Shown one piece after another: positions 1-10,943 of a DNA stretch of 64,000 nucleotides (its first letter is position 1; each line of letters opens with the position of its first letter). Where the stretch lies: NCBI GenBank assembly GCA_003693705.1, contig RBZT01000995.1:1-64000 (forward strand), read 5' to 3'. Origin of the DNA: Polymyxa betae A26-41 (Eukaryota; Protista; Endomyxa: Phytomyxea). The position numbers and the translations under genes were made by a program. A model generated the notes under the pieces. The model saw only the letters and a program-made list of their open reading frames with translations. It was not told where the DNA came from and did not search any database.

Positions 1-100
1 GTATAATTCCCAATAAAATATACAAAAACACTGTATTTTGAATAATTTATTAATATTCTAAAAATAAAAAAAAATAAAAAGTGTAAATGTCTTTTAATGC

Positions 101-133
101 TTACTGCCACATTACTGCCACACTACTGCCACA
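101..133. repeat. 11-bp tandem repeat x3 (ttactgccaca)
   Basis: ttactgccaca ttactgccaca ctactgccaca read directly. Confidence 0.9.
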
Positions 134-936
134 TATTCATGGAAATATAATAAGAATAAAACCCGCCGACAACTTGAAATGAAGAAGAAAGTGATTCGAG
201 TTCAATGAGATGAGTTAATCTATCAAATACATCCATCTGTCAAGCACATCATTTTATAAAGATATGTGCAGACATCATATCACCAATGTCTGCCATGGTC
301 ACTGATATGCAACAGATCGATCACATTGGAACTGTTTCTGTGGAAGGGAAGTGATGATTACAGATGCAATAGGGAAGCTTTAAAAGTCTGCTTTTACTTT
401 GCTGTTGATGCTATATTATAAGTCAGTGAAAATTAGGTATTTTTCCGATTTTTTTCGCAAGGTTGCGTGGCCTCCACTTTAAAGCGCTTTTAAAACCGAT
501 GCCACAGACAATTTTAAAGCGTTTTTAAATTTCTCCGGAACGCCAACTTTGGTTTTTTCTCATATAATTTTACTATCTGCAACATTTCTACTTGTATTCA
601 TCATTTAGCTTGTGAAGACATGATAATTGAACATGCTAACAGAATGCAATTTATTGGTTGATGCGGATTACTAATCATTATACTAGTCGTAAAGCGTTTG
701 AGATACTCTATTGATTATTGAGATAGATATAGTTTCAGATCAAGTTAGCAGTCTGTGGTATCAAACTGTCAATATCAATAAATGAACTTGAGTGATCGTG
801 ATTAATATTGATGCTTTTTGTTATATACTCAATCATAATGCTATTAGAAGAGACATCACAATAACATAGTATGTTTAATGTTTATCAATATTGAAAAGTC
901 GCAACTCATCTCAACTTCATTTGTTTATCTGTCAAT

Positions 937-1204
937 ATGATCTTCAGACGTATCTGGCGTCTACTAACACCTACTAATCAATCACAGCATATAAATGACA
1001 TCATTCCATATCTGGCTTGCCCGCTGTCTAAAGATAAGCTTCAAGTCTCTCCAGACAGCAGCTCCATTCTCAGCAATCAAAGTGGTATGTGCTCAGCGAT
1101 GCATAAATTCGTCCATGCTTAGTTATCCCTTAGGCGTCTCTTTCGGCATAATCAATGGGATTCCTGTGTTTGTATTAGATGCTCCTACCACAAAACAAGT
1201 ATGA
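937..1204 (+). CDS. Trm112-like/UPF0434 small protein (PreY/PYURF-like), probably mitochondrial
   Basis: GT-AG intron 1085-1133 joins YLACPLSKDKL to GVSFGIINGIPVFVLD, the Trm112-like LACP...GIP motifs. Arg-rich N-terminus. Confidence 0.75.
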
Positions 1205-1237
1205 CATTTTACTGAAGCTGAATAAATTGTTGCAAGT

Positions 1238-1771
1238 TTATTTTAATGGCCGAGCATAGCATGAACCGAACATCATAATAGAATGAAATGGACTTGATAA
1301 CCGACTACTGGTATTCCATGGTTGTACATTGAACTTATTATTTGCATCAGACTTCTCTATTGCAAATGTACATTCTAAGCTCTTGCTGTCTTTCTCTAAA
1401 GAACAGCTATGATATTGCTTTAATATGGCTGTTCTTGCTTGATCCAATGATCCATCCGAATGCATTCCTTTCTTCCAATGTTTTCGTTTGATTGTATGCC
1501 ATCCAATATCAGACTCAACTTGTACATTCATATGATGGGATGGTGGCATAACTCGAACCATCAAGCTAGGTTCAGGCCCAAATTCGGGTACAATTTGATC
1601 AGAGTTCAGATTATGTGGCTGAATTTGCTGATTTGTCTCTTGTTTAGGATCATGGTCTGAATCTGATGATGTTGGATCAATTTGAGATCCATCTTCAATT
1701 GCCGAGAAGTAATTAGTCTCCTCATGCTCACTCAAGAACGACGATTTCGGCAGCGACTTTCTTCGACCCAT
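1238..1771 (-). CDS. Hypothetical hydrophilic protein, or 3' exon of the membrane-protein gene at 1846-2499
   Basis: Long open frame from MGRRKS with no recognised motif. A GT-AG intron 1853-1783 would join it in frame to the upstream ORF. Confidence 0.45.
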   Translation of the reverse strand: MGRRKSLPKSSFLSEHEETNYFSAIEDGSQIDPTSSDSDHDPKQETNQQIQPHNLNSDQIVPEFGPEPSLMVRVMPPSHHMNVQVESDIGWHTIKRKHWKKGMHSDGSLDQARTAILKQYHSCSLEKDSKSLECTFAIEKSDANNKFNVQPWNTSSRLSSPFHSIMMFGSCYARPLK

Positions 1772-1845
1772 TATGATAATCCCTAAAAATTGATTGCAAG
1801 ATATTTTACTGAAAGATATTTCGATTGGGGTTTTAATGGAAATAT

Positions 1846-2499
1846 TCAGAAACATATTGTAGGAGAATTAGGCCCATATGAATCGAGATCTAGAGTGAAT
1901 CTGCTATTAGATGTTATAATACGGTTCTTATCGAATAGTCGAGCAATCAGAAAGCCAGTTATAATCAATGTCATCTGGATTAGAATGCTAATAATGACAG
2001 ACCAGATTAGTAATGACTTCTGAAATAATCCCAACAGATCTGTTAATATTAGACCACAATGAGATCCAGATGAACAACCCCAACGTTCTTCAACTAATTC
2101 CTGCTCAGTTAATGATAATAATCTCCAACTTAGCTCATGTCTTGTTATTTCAGTTAAGCTGAAGAAGATGATGAACGATGTGGCTTCCAATATTAGTAGT
2201 ATAGCTTGTAGAATTGATGCCCAGAACAAAACTAGAGAAGATCTCATGAAAGCGCCAATTGTAAAGGGGAAAGATCCAACTATAATGGCAATAGATGGAA
2301 GACGTAATGCAAGTCTTAAAGCCAGCCATCTAGATTGTTGATATGGATTTAGAGGTAGAGCTGATGTAGATTGTTGTGTGCATAATATCGTAATACTGAC
2401 TGTTATCAGTGTATAGACGATGAGGAGAAATACATCTCGAATATAGTCGAGGAAGCATGATTGGAAGTGAGTGAAGTTATGACAATGTCTTATGATCAT
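1846..2499 (-). CDS. Hypothetical multi-pass membrane protein
   Basis: 217-aa ORF with about 4 hydrophobic segments; family not recognised. Confidence 0.5.
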   Translation of the reverse strand: MIIRHCHNFTHFQSCFLDYIRDVFLLIVYTLITVSITILCTQQSTSALPLNPYQQSRWLALRLALRLPSIAIIVGSFPFTIGAFMRSSLVLFWASILQAILLILEATSFIIFFSLTEITRHELSWRLLSLTEQELVEERWGCSSGSHCGLILTDLLGLFQKSLLIWSVIISILIQMTLIITGFLIARLFDKNRIITSNSRFTLDLDSYGPNSPTICF

Positions 2500-3807
2500 G
2501 ATTATAATCTACTATATTGATATAGATTACACTCAGTCAAATCAATTGATATTTATCTCTTGCATGACACATAACCATATCAAACACGCAATAACCATCA
2601 AATATGATATACAAATGACCAGATCTTCCAATAACATTCTTCTCATCTCTAACAGACAGGCAGCTCAACTTTCATTTTTATCAGTAAAATAGGTTGGTCA
2701 TCGATCAATGTAAGAATATCATTGTACTGGTCGGATTTAGGATCCCTACTGTTGCTAACACAAATCTAAATGTTGCTGTATGAATACATGTTGAATAGAT
2801 GAAATGCTTTCATATGATAAATATTGCTATGTACATGTAATACTTGAGAGCGAATTGCAGGTTGAATGGCATTCTTGTTATATATTCAGATGTTATGAGG
2901 ACAAGAGAGTAGAATTCAGTCGAAGTTAATTGAAAGTAATTCGATGTGTCAGGTTATTGCTCCTTGCTGGGTTTTATATCGAATTATTGAAGAGTACCAT
3001 TAACATGCCTTATCGATACAGACCATGATTATACTGAAAGATGACTCTATTATTGCCAGCCTAATAGCTCCATCTATATATAGATATATATACATGGCAA
3101 AGCGAACCTGTGGTCTTGTTTCGGAGGACGTCTAGTCGATAAATTTGACCACATATTGAGGTTCGACGAAATACATTTCCAGAATAAAAATATGACAACA
3201 TCTTCCTTCAGATAGTCGTTGCAGTGAAGCAGAAAATATGCATGCATGCCTTCTGATATTGATTGAATCAGGTATTAATAACTATTGGAACTTGTATTTT
3301 TCGGGTGCTAAATCTTAACATTGAACTGATTTCAAATGCCTTGTTTTATCCTGACTTTTTGAATCATTCATGTGATCATGTGACTCATGTCGCATACAAA
3401 CTTTTTTGTAAAATTGGAATTTGTTCTGTTGTTTGAAATTCGCGATTGTTATTGGTTTAGTAACACTTCGTCCGGGCAAATAACCAACAGTTACCCACTT
3501 TTTTAATCCATATTTCTCAGTAGCCAAAAGGCTGTAAATTTAACAGTTAAATTTTTCTATTTATAATACCGTACTGGAATTCCAGTACCGGTATGAGAAT
3601 CATGCACTTCATGAGTACCAGAATTCCAGTATGGTTTATGTAAGTATTTTTCCGAAGTCCATTTTTCGTCTCCGGAAATTGCATTTGAGTAAAGTGCGTA
3701 TATGACTATATTGTGATTATTATTTGCCTGGGATTTACAGTACGGAAATTTGGTGAAATTGCGCAGATTTGTTAGACAGTGATCTGCGAACAATTTCTAA
3801 AGAATCC

Positions 3808-4761
3808 ATGCTGCTTTTAATTCCAGATGATGAGGTTACAAGTGAAATAATGAATGGAGATTGTCATATAGCTGGTGGATTGCCATATTTCTATTCTGAT
3901 GATGTTATCATACCAACATGTGCTCAATGTTTATCTAACGTATCCCTTTTAGTTCAAGTATATGCACCATCACATCAATCTCATCGATCTCTCTATGTAT
4001 TCTACTGCTCAGCATCTACATGCACTTCTGACGACATTATTGCCAAATCATATTGCTGTATAGATCAAGTTCAAGAACCATGCAATTCTGCAACAGATTG
4101 CCAAGTGAGAAACCAGCAATCGACAGTTGTTAAGAAGGATAGCTGGGGATTAGATGATTCAGATGATGACATTGATATTGAACTCGAATGCTTAATGCAG
4201 ACAAAATTAAGACAAGCAGATTGTAGGCCGGCAATTATCAGGATCGAAGGTAGTCGGGAGAGTTCGATTCGTGGTTTCTATCTTGCTGAGATTGACGAGC
4301 CTGATAAATACAATGATCAATTCCGATATGAATTAGATCTATTGAAGCAGTATGAATTAGATCAAGAGATCTCTATAAACCAAGATTCATTCCAAGATGA
4401 GACTTATGAACAATCTGGTGATGTCACATTTATGAAGTTTCATAAGCGATTATCTCGTGATTACAGGTTCGTTTAGATATCATTTGCAATTCACATTCAA
4501 TAATCAATAACGAATCTGTCTAGGCAATGTGTTCGTTATGGAAGTGATCCATTATTGATGAGAAAGCATGAATCTATTCATGTTCCAGTATGTCCTGAAT
4601 GTCATCATGAACGAATATTTGAGATGCAATTGATGCCAAATCTAATCAATCTGTTGGATTTACCTCATCATTGGGGAACTATCTCTATATTCACCTGCTC
4701 GAAATATTGTACTCGAAATCGGTTATGTGATGAATTCGTCTTTATTGAAGATGGCTTCTGA
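3808..4761 (+). CDS. PDCD2L: PDCD2-like / Tsr4 (uS5 chaperone), PDCD2_C domain
   Basis: CxxC..LLVQVYAP..RSLYVFYC at the N-terminus. Intron 4467-4523 leads to QCVRYG..VPVCPEC..RIFEMQLMPNLI..WGTISIFTCSKYC. Confidence 0.85.
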
Positions 4762-4808
4762 TAAATCCCAATACAATTTGTAGACGTCATCGTCTTATGG
4801 TAGTAGCT

Positions 4809-5141
4809 TCATTTCTTGGATTTTAGTTTCAATACCTGTTCAATTTTAAGAACCGCTGATCTGAATGCCGCTATGGCCGAGTTTCTCTTCTTTGCCTTAC
4901 GTCCACCATTGTTATTATCTTGATCATTTCGGTCGCAATCGTCTTGGTCATTCTCCAAGGTTTCCAGTTCTTGCAAACCTGCACTTGAAGCCAAATCGAA
5001 TGAATGACTCCTCCTTGGAAGACTTTCGCCCATCTGAAAGCTTGATCGTTCGCTAAAGCTGACCGCCTTCGTCAGATGATCAGCAAAGCTGTCGCTCCTA
5101 TCCACCATTTTATAATGGAAAGAATGCGATGATATTGGCAA
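4809..5141 (-). CDS. Hypothetical small protein
   Basis: 110-aa intronless ORF, Ser-rich with a basic C-terminal helix; no family recognised. Confidence 0.4.
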   Translation of the reverse strand: MPISSHSFHYKMVDRSDSFADHLTKAVSFSERSSFQMGESLPRRSHSFDLASSAGLQELETLENDQDDCDRNDQDNNNGGRKAKKRNSAIAAFRSAVLKIEQVLKLKSKK

Positions 5142-5923
5142 TAGTAATAAAAGATGTCATGTATGGTATTGAATAGCGTTATATTACAATATAAATGGAT
5201 ATTCTGGACCACACACTAAATGTAAGAAATCTGAGCCACACATTCTAATAAATGATATTGATATACTCATACCGTAATACCGTATGGATATGATTTGTCA
5301 CTATTACATCACACACATTCTCCAACATTAAATAACTCAGCCATATCCAAATATATTGTATTGGAATGAAATCGTGTAGATTGTTGAATATAATCATGGG
5401 GATGTGCTGGTCATATTCACCACAACACCATTTCTACCGTTCCGACCGAACTTCCAAGGCCTACAACCGTCAAATTAATAACATTTTTTCAAAACTTGGC
5501 AGAATGTTCTATGTTAATTGTTGACAGGATGTCAGCTTCGTTCATTGGATCATTCTCGAAGAAATTATCAATCCATTTGTTCTGCTGATGCGATGAAAGA
5601 TATAATATGGCGGTTCACAATTTATAAGTGGATGTCGTTAGATTGTTTCTGATCGCATAATCGAATATTGAGAACTCGCCGGTTTAACAAAATGGAGCAA
5701 GGACGAACACGAATTGAGCAGTATCGATGCGAATTGCAATGTGAACACGAAATCAGCTACATGTTGGTTAAACCACGACGATTACATCATGAAATCGTAT
5801 AATTGATATTCTATCATTTTCACAAATTCGTATCTCCAAATCCTAATTTTTAATTAGAACAGTATATTTTTAGGCTGTTCCCACGTTTCAATGAGGTCAA
5901 ATCTCTCATCTCCTATTCTCTCT

Positions 5924-6196
5924 CTAGCGTCGTTCTCCACCCATTCCAAACTTCTCTTTGCCTTGCTCCATGAGATTCGACGCCTTCTCTTTACCCTGCT
6001 CCATTATGTTGGATGCTTTCTCACGAGTGTCCTGGAATGCCTGCTTAGCACGGTCTGTGTAGGAAGGCTCGCCCATCCCCATTTTGGCTTCGCCCTGATG
6101 TAATGTATCCTTGGCCTTATCGGTTGTGGTCTGGCCAGCAACCTTCTGGCGGGTTTGCTCGAGAGCTTCAGCTGCACCTTGTTTCGTTTGATCCAT
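5924..6196 (-). CDS. LEA group 3-like / hydrophilin small protein
   Basis: 90 aa rich in K/E/Q/A/T/G with no C or W; 11-mer repeats EKASNIMEQGK-EKASNLMEQGK. Confidence 0.7.
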   Translation of the reverse strand: MDQTKQGAAEALEQTRQKVAGQTTTDKAKDTLHQGEAKMGMGEPSYTDRAKQAFQDTREKASNIMEQGKEKASNLMEQGKEKFGMGGERR

Positions 6197-6356
6197 GATG
6201 AATTGCAGAATGAATCAGATCCAGTATTCGGAAGTCGGGTAGAATCAGTTCATGGCCGATCGCACCATTAATTCATCTACCTTAACATTTCATTCAGAAA
6301 TTGATGAATTCCATCTTCAGTTCATTAATTTAAACAATGAAGGGATTAATATCAGG

Positions 6357-6677
6357 ATGCCACATTTTCCAAGGCAAGGTCCGCCTGAGATAACTGATCA
6401 AATCAAAACAAGCATGACATCTTCTATGCAAGACGCCAAGGCTAAATTGGAAGGTGAACATAGGCAATCGGAATCTTTTTGATTTCGAACCAATTCTGGC
6501 TTTTTATTAGGATAAGATCCTTCTGTTGTTCGACAGGCCCAAGATCTTAATCGGAATCCCTTAAGGTCGCAAGGCGAACAGGAAGAACCAGAACTTGCGA
6601 ACCAGTCGATGGGGAAAATGAACAAAGCGTTCGAAATTCTGAAGAAAGAGAAAGAGCGTGTTCTTGAAGGCCATTAG
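6357..6677 (+). CDS. Small hydrophilic protein (2 exons), divergent from the LEA-like gene
   Basis: MPHFPRQGPPEITDQIK..AKAKLE, intron 6454-6516 (GT..AAG), then DPSVVRQAQDLNRNP..KEKERVLEGH*. Confidence 0.55.
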
Positions 6678-6827
6678 GCCAGAATTTTCAGCGACATAAT
6701 CTGCAAAATACATTCCAATCTGAATCAGTTATCATAACAATGGGATGTGATGTGAAATACACCGTTAGGAATTATTGTACGTTTTGGGAACGCAATAATT
6801 ATTTAGCAGATACTGTTACATAATACA

Positions 6828-7809
6828 ATGTCACAGATGTTGCATACTACTAGTCCTGATATAGTTATTACTGGATCTGATTCTGTTGGTAAGACCTATT
6901 TGGCAACCTGTATGTCAGATGCAATTCGTACTGAGCCTCGCTGCTGATCTCTACAAGGTCTATTTCCTGACCTAACTTTTTCTACTGGTACCAATGGAGT
7001 TCGGCTGGCGACGGTTACTCTAAAGACTAAATACTATACGTCTAGCCTCACCATATGCATTGCTCTGACTCATCAACTTAAGCATCTGAATTTGTAAGAA
7101 CCCCAATCGCTATGATTTCTTTGATTTCTTTATTTATTTTTACTTTTCAAGGTCACAGTCTCAAGCATTTATCTTTGTGTATGATGGTGCTCAAATCCCT
7201 GATCGCAGCCAAGTATCTTCTTTATTCGAATTGGCTGACTTTCCAATCAATGTCTGTGTTTCAAATGATCCATCTAATCAAATAGCAGAGCCATCTGCTG
7301 GTTCGCTGAGATTAGAGTTTGAAGAAATACATGTCGGTTATGGCGAAACACTTTGTGATGGAGGTATGTATTCAGTGCAAATGATAAGCACAGGTTTACT
7401 GAAGCGGATCAGTAGAGCAAACGATGAGTGGCGAGTACCAAGAATTGATAGGCATCCATCGTCTCAAAGAAGCGTTGGAGTGTCATATGTGGCCTAATCT
7501 TGTGAGATTAGATCATAAAGACCAGCCATTAGAAGCGGAGATGTCGCTGGAGAGCTCGAAACCAAAACAAGGCATTCCTACAGTTTCTTTTGAAGACCAA
7601 TTTGAACATTTCGAAGGAATGATTAACCTGATCAACAAAGTTCGAGAACAAGGTTGAAAGACATTGCATATTTGTATTTTTTTCTGATCTTCTTAGGAGC
7701 ATCGCTACCTGATCGACAACGAAGGAAATTGGCTAGTGACGCTATTGAGCAACTTATATCCACATTCGGTTTTGACGATGATCAGGACTTTGAAAATAAT
7801 ATTGAGTAG
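6828..7809 (+). CDS. AAGAB: Alpha/gamma-adaptin-binding protein p34 (AAGAB/Irc6)
   Basis: Four GT-AG introns. P-loop-like ITGSDSVGKT, TLKTKYYT, GIHRLKEALECHMWPNL and C-terminal SLPDRQRRKLA. Confidence 0.8.
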
Positions 7810-8153
7810 ATTGCGTTCTCAGTGCTTATTCTTACAGCGTTTGAGTTTGTTATTCGCCAGAGGATGTTCGAGTCGAGTAGTTAGCAATGCTTCCGTGTCA
7901 ATTAAATGATGTAATTTAACAAGTGACCTGACGTGATTCAAAATGTCTGCGCTAGGAAATCGAAATGGATCGTCACAGGAGGACAGCTACGATCTTCCCA
8001 TTGATACCATTACTACCATCAATTACAGGTCCACGTTAACTGCTCTGGTCGTTGGTGAAGTTGCTCAAGGCTTTGTTCTTGCATTGAAGTTCAATTTTGA
8101 AACCATATTAGTGGAGCTGGACTTGATCTACTCCACTCTAAACAACCAACTGG

Positions 8154-8669
8154 ATGCCAAAGGATGGGCCTTTACACAAGGCCGCTTATAAAGGCGAGTT
8201 AGCTACTATTGAATCACTTCTAGAGCAAGGAGAGGACGTGAATGAAAGAGGTGCAGCAAACAGGACAGCTCTGCATAGAGCTGTCGGCGAAGGGCATTCT
8301 GATGCTGTAGCATTACTAATTGAAAAAGGTGCCGACGTCAGTATCACAGATGGTAGCGGGCGAACACCGATGCATTGGGCTGCTGTTGGTGGCAATTTGG
8401 AATGTGCCAAGATTCTTCTCAGCCATAAGGCTGAGGTGAATTGCCTAACCGGTAGCGGTTCGTCACCGTTGCATTTGGCGGCTGAAGGTGGCAAACTCGA
8501 GTTCTGTCAATGGCTTTTATCTAATGGAGCCAACATGGAACAGCGAGATGGACCAGCTGGTGATGGAATGTCAGCATACGAATTGGCCAAAAGCAAAGGA
8601 CATAAAGAGTTAATGCAGCTACTAAAGCCTGCAGGATCTGGTGGTGGAGGATGCTGTGTGATCCAGTGA
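8154..8669 (+). CDS. Ankyrin-repeat protein with C-terminal CaaX box
   Basis: Four to five ANK repeats (PLHKAA, TALHRA, TPMHWA, SPLHLA); ends GGGGCCVIQ*. Confidence 0.9.
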   Translation: MPKDGPLHKAAYKGELATIESLLEQGEDVNERGAANRTALHRAVGEGHSDAVALLIEKGADVSITDGSGRTPMHWAAVGGNLECAKILLSHKAEVNCLTGSGSSPLHLAAEGGKLEFCQWLLSNGANMEQRDGPAGDGMSAYELAKSKGHKELMQLLKPAGSGGGGCCVIQ

Positions 8670-8785
8670 TGTAAAGTGAGATCATATAAAGAGACATGAA
8701 AGCTAATGCAATGGCCTATATATATAATGAGGTCATAGCTGGTTCAATAACAATGGTGAACCCCAAGTCAGTATTCTAGATAAAG

Positions 8786-8850
8786 CACCTTGGCCTTCAT
8801 AATGTTACAGTATATCACACCTTGGCCTTCATAATGTTACAGTATATCAC
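8786..8850. repeat. Perfect 32-bp tandem duplication
   Basis: caccttggccttcataatgttacagtatatca at 8786-8817 and again at 8818-8849. Confidence 0.95.
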
Positions 8851-8854
8851 TTTA

Positions 8855-9469
8855 TCACTCTATTTCATCAATAGAACATCCAGGTTGACGTCGACTTTCT
8901 TTCGCCTGCCTATAAGCTTGTTTCATACGTTCGCGTTCTAGGTCTTTTCTCCGTTCTAAGATTAAAGCTTGAAACTGTTCTTCCTGTGATACTGGCAAGG
9001 CTGCTTTAGACGCCAAAGATGCAACGGTTTGCTTCTTCTTAGGAACCATTGAAATCGTTGGTGGAGCTTTAGCCATTTCATTCAGTTTGGCTGCACCAGT
9101 TTCGCATGTGGTGGCTGCATCTGATTTCTTCCGGTTTTTCTTTTGAAGAATTCTCTCCTCTCGTCGTTCTCGATAACGCTTTGTACTGGAACTAACTGCA
9201 TTCGGGAATATATTGGTTGATCGATTCTTTTCACATTGAATTTCATTTACTCTGTCAACAAACTGAAAGAAATTCTCCCCGGCCTTTCGGACTGGAAGAT
9301 CAGTCTTGTTATTTTTCAATTTAGATGTCTTGCTCTTAATCTGTGAATTTCTCACGTTTGCTACATTACGTTGTAGTTTCTTGAAAGATCTCGGCAAAGA
9401 ATCGTCAGTTTTGGACGGAGGTTGATCCTTTCCTTGGTTGACGTCTCTGATAGTCCTGCTTTTGGCCAT
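8855..9469 (-). CDS. Basic coiled-coil nuclear/nucleolar protein (weakly CCDC137-like)
   Basis: Intronless K/R-rich ORF from MAKSRT with RKAGENFFQFVDRV and a C-terminal ERERMKQAYRQAK helix. Family assignment is tentative. Confidence 0.55.
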   Translation of the reverse strand: MAKSRTIRDVNQGKDQPPSKTDDSLPRSFKKLQRNVANVRNSQIKSKTSKLKNNKTDLPVRKAGENFFQFVDRVNEIQCEKNRSTNIFPNAVSSSTKRYRERREERILQKKNRKKSDAATTCETGAAKLNEMAKAPPTISMVPKKKQTVASLASKAALPVSQEEQFQALILERRKDLERERMKQAYRQAKESRRQPGCSIDEIE

Positions 9470-9974
9470 AATTGTTGAGTAGAAAATTGCGCCACGGTCC
9501 GCGGACTGTCTAAATCCGTGGGCTTTCATTCGATTTACTGAAAGAAGGGCCCCTGTCCAGATCTCTCCTTTTGTTATCTCCAACGTCGTCCCATCATGGC
9601 TAGAAGTTTGAAATCGAAGCGAACTAAGAGGTTGAACACCGTTAAACGTGGCAAGCTGCAAGTTATTATGTCAGAACGGTCTAAAAGGCAGCAAGCTCTA
9701 GATGCTGAGATGGCTAATCGGAAAGTTTGTAAGTCTGCTTCATTATACAGATGCTGAATGGATTTCTTATATCTGTATAGTACCATCTGCGACAGTGAAT
9801 GGACATAATTGGAGAGAATATGTCATGCACCTGAACTCTCAATCTCTTAAGTTAAATTAAAATGTCACATTGCTTTCGCTGTTGATAATGAAAACAAATT
9901 TAATTTTAATGGTGGTAACCTGCATTATAAATAATTAAGGATTAGATGATGGTACAGATTCAACGATTAATCGT

Positions 9975-10943
9975 TTACGCCTTGGCAGTAAGTTGAGAGA
10001 TGGTTCGTTCGATTTCCTCAATCCATCTTCGATGCTCGTCATCTGTCCCAAACCGAAACAGTTTTGATCTGCTGCATGACGCAATTCTGAACTTGTTGCC
10101 ATCCAAGATCTGAAGTTTAGCACCGACCAAGAGAATACAAGATTTCGCCAGTCTTTTGCTGTAGGCAGATTCATTGACATAAATCTCCAAACATGTTTGC
10201 CTTAAAACCAGAAATCTTCTCTTCTCTGGCCAGAATAAACCCATTCGAGATAGCTGTTGAACACATCCAGATAGTAATGGCGTCATCTCCAATTTCTGTT
10301 CGTTGCTATCAGCTTTGGAGACCTCAATTTCAATGCTATTGGGAAAGTCTTGACAGCCATCATCAGAAGCTCTGCTAGTTGAAAGTTTTTGTAATTGTTT
10401 CTCGATGATAGCGCTTCGTCTTAACGACTTTCTATCGGTTTGTATGACAGATCGCCTTCCAACTTTAGACAGGGCACTGACAAGGTTTTGCATTTCGGTA
10501 TCGTCACTTTTGTTAATTAATCGGTGACGACGTTGCTGATCAGAAAATACAGCAGCTGATGATTGAGATAGGACAGAGAATGATGATTGACGTGCAGATG
10601 CTACACGATGCATTCCATGATGTCGATATTGCTCAACCGAGACATAATGACGACTATGTTGTCGAGTAGCATGACTCTGGTTATTAAGAGTACTAATCGA
10701 ATGACGAGATGAAGATCGATGAGGTCTTTTGCTTGATCGCTTCGAACGTCTGTCGCAATTGCATGTTTGATGTCTACAATCAGGTATTGAATACTTGCCA
10801 TCATGGCATCTCTTTGGTGTCGTAGCTCGTTCACAGCATCGATTTGATGAAACAGGCTCGAAACGGACCAAGGCCTGTGATCTGTCCCAATGGCTATATT
10901 TCGTATAATCGATATTCTGTAAAGAGGGTTTACGGCAGGCCAT
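9975..10943 (-). CDS. C-terminal PH-domain protein
   Basis: LLSGCVQQ..W..RRFLVL...LEIY..CILLVGA..FRI..DEHRRWIEEI fits the PH consensus. Disordered basic N-terminus. Confidence 0.7.
   Translation of the reverse strand: MACRKPSLQNIDYTKYSHWDRSQALVRFEPVSSNRCCERATTPKRCHDGKYSIPDCRHQTCNCDRRSKRSSKRPHRSSSRHSISTLNNQSHATRQHSRHYVSVEQYRHHGMHRVASARQSSFSVLSQSSAAVFSDQQRRHRLINKSDDTEMQNLVSALSKVGRRSVIQTDRKSLRRSAIIEKQLQKLSTSRASDDGCQDFPNSIEIEVSKADSNEQKLEMTPLLSGCVQQLSRMGLFWPEKRRFLVLRQTCLEIYVNESAYSKRLAKSCILLVGAKLQILDGNKFRIASCSRSKLFRFGTDDEHRRWIEEIERTISQLTAKA

Noticed and set aside
160-400. Possible exons of a minus-strand gene leaving the window
   Set aside because: Short open stretch (MDVFDRLTHLIELE..) but no consistent splice model or recognisable motif.
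7943-8191. 82-aa ORF overlapping the ankyrin start
   Set aside because: No motif and out of frame with the ankyrin gene; probably 5' UTR or chance.
8786-8850. CRISPR-like 32-bp repeat
   Set aside because: Two directly abutting copies with no spacer and no cas genes, in a eukaryotic context.
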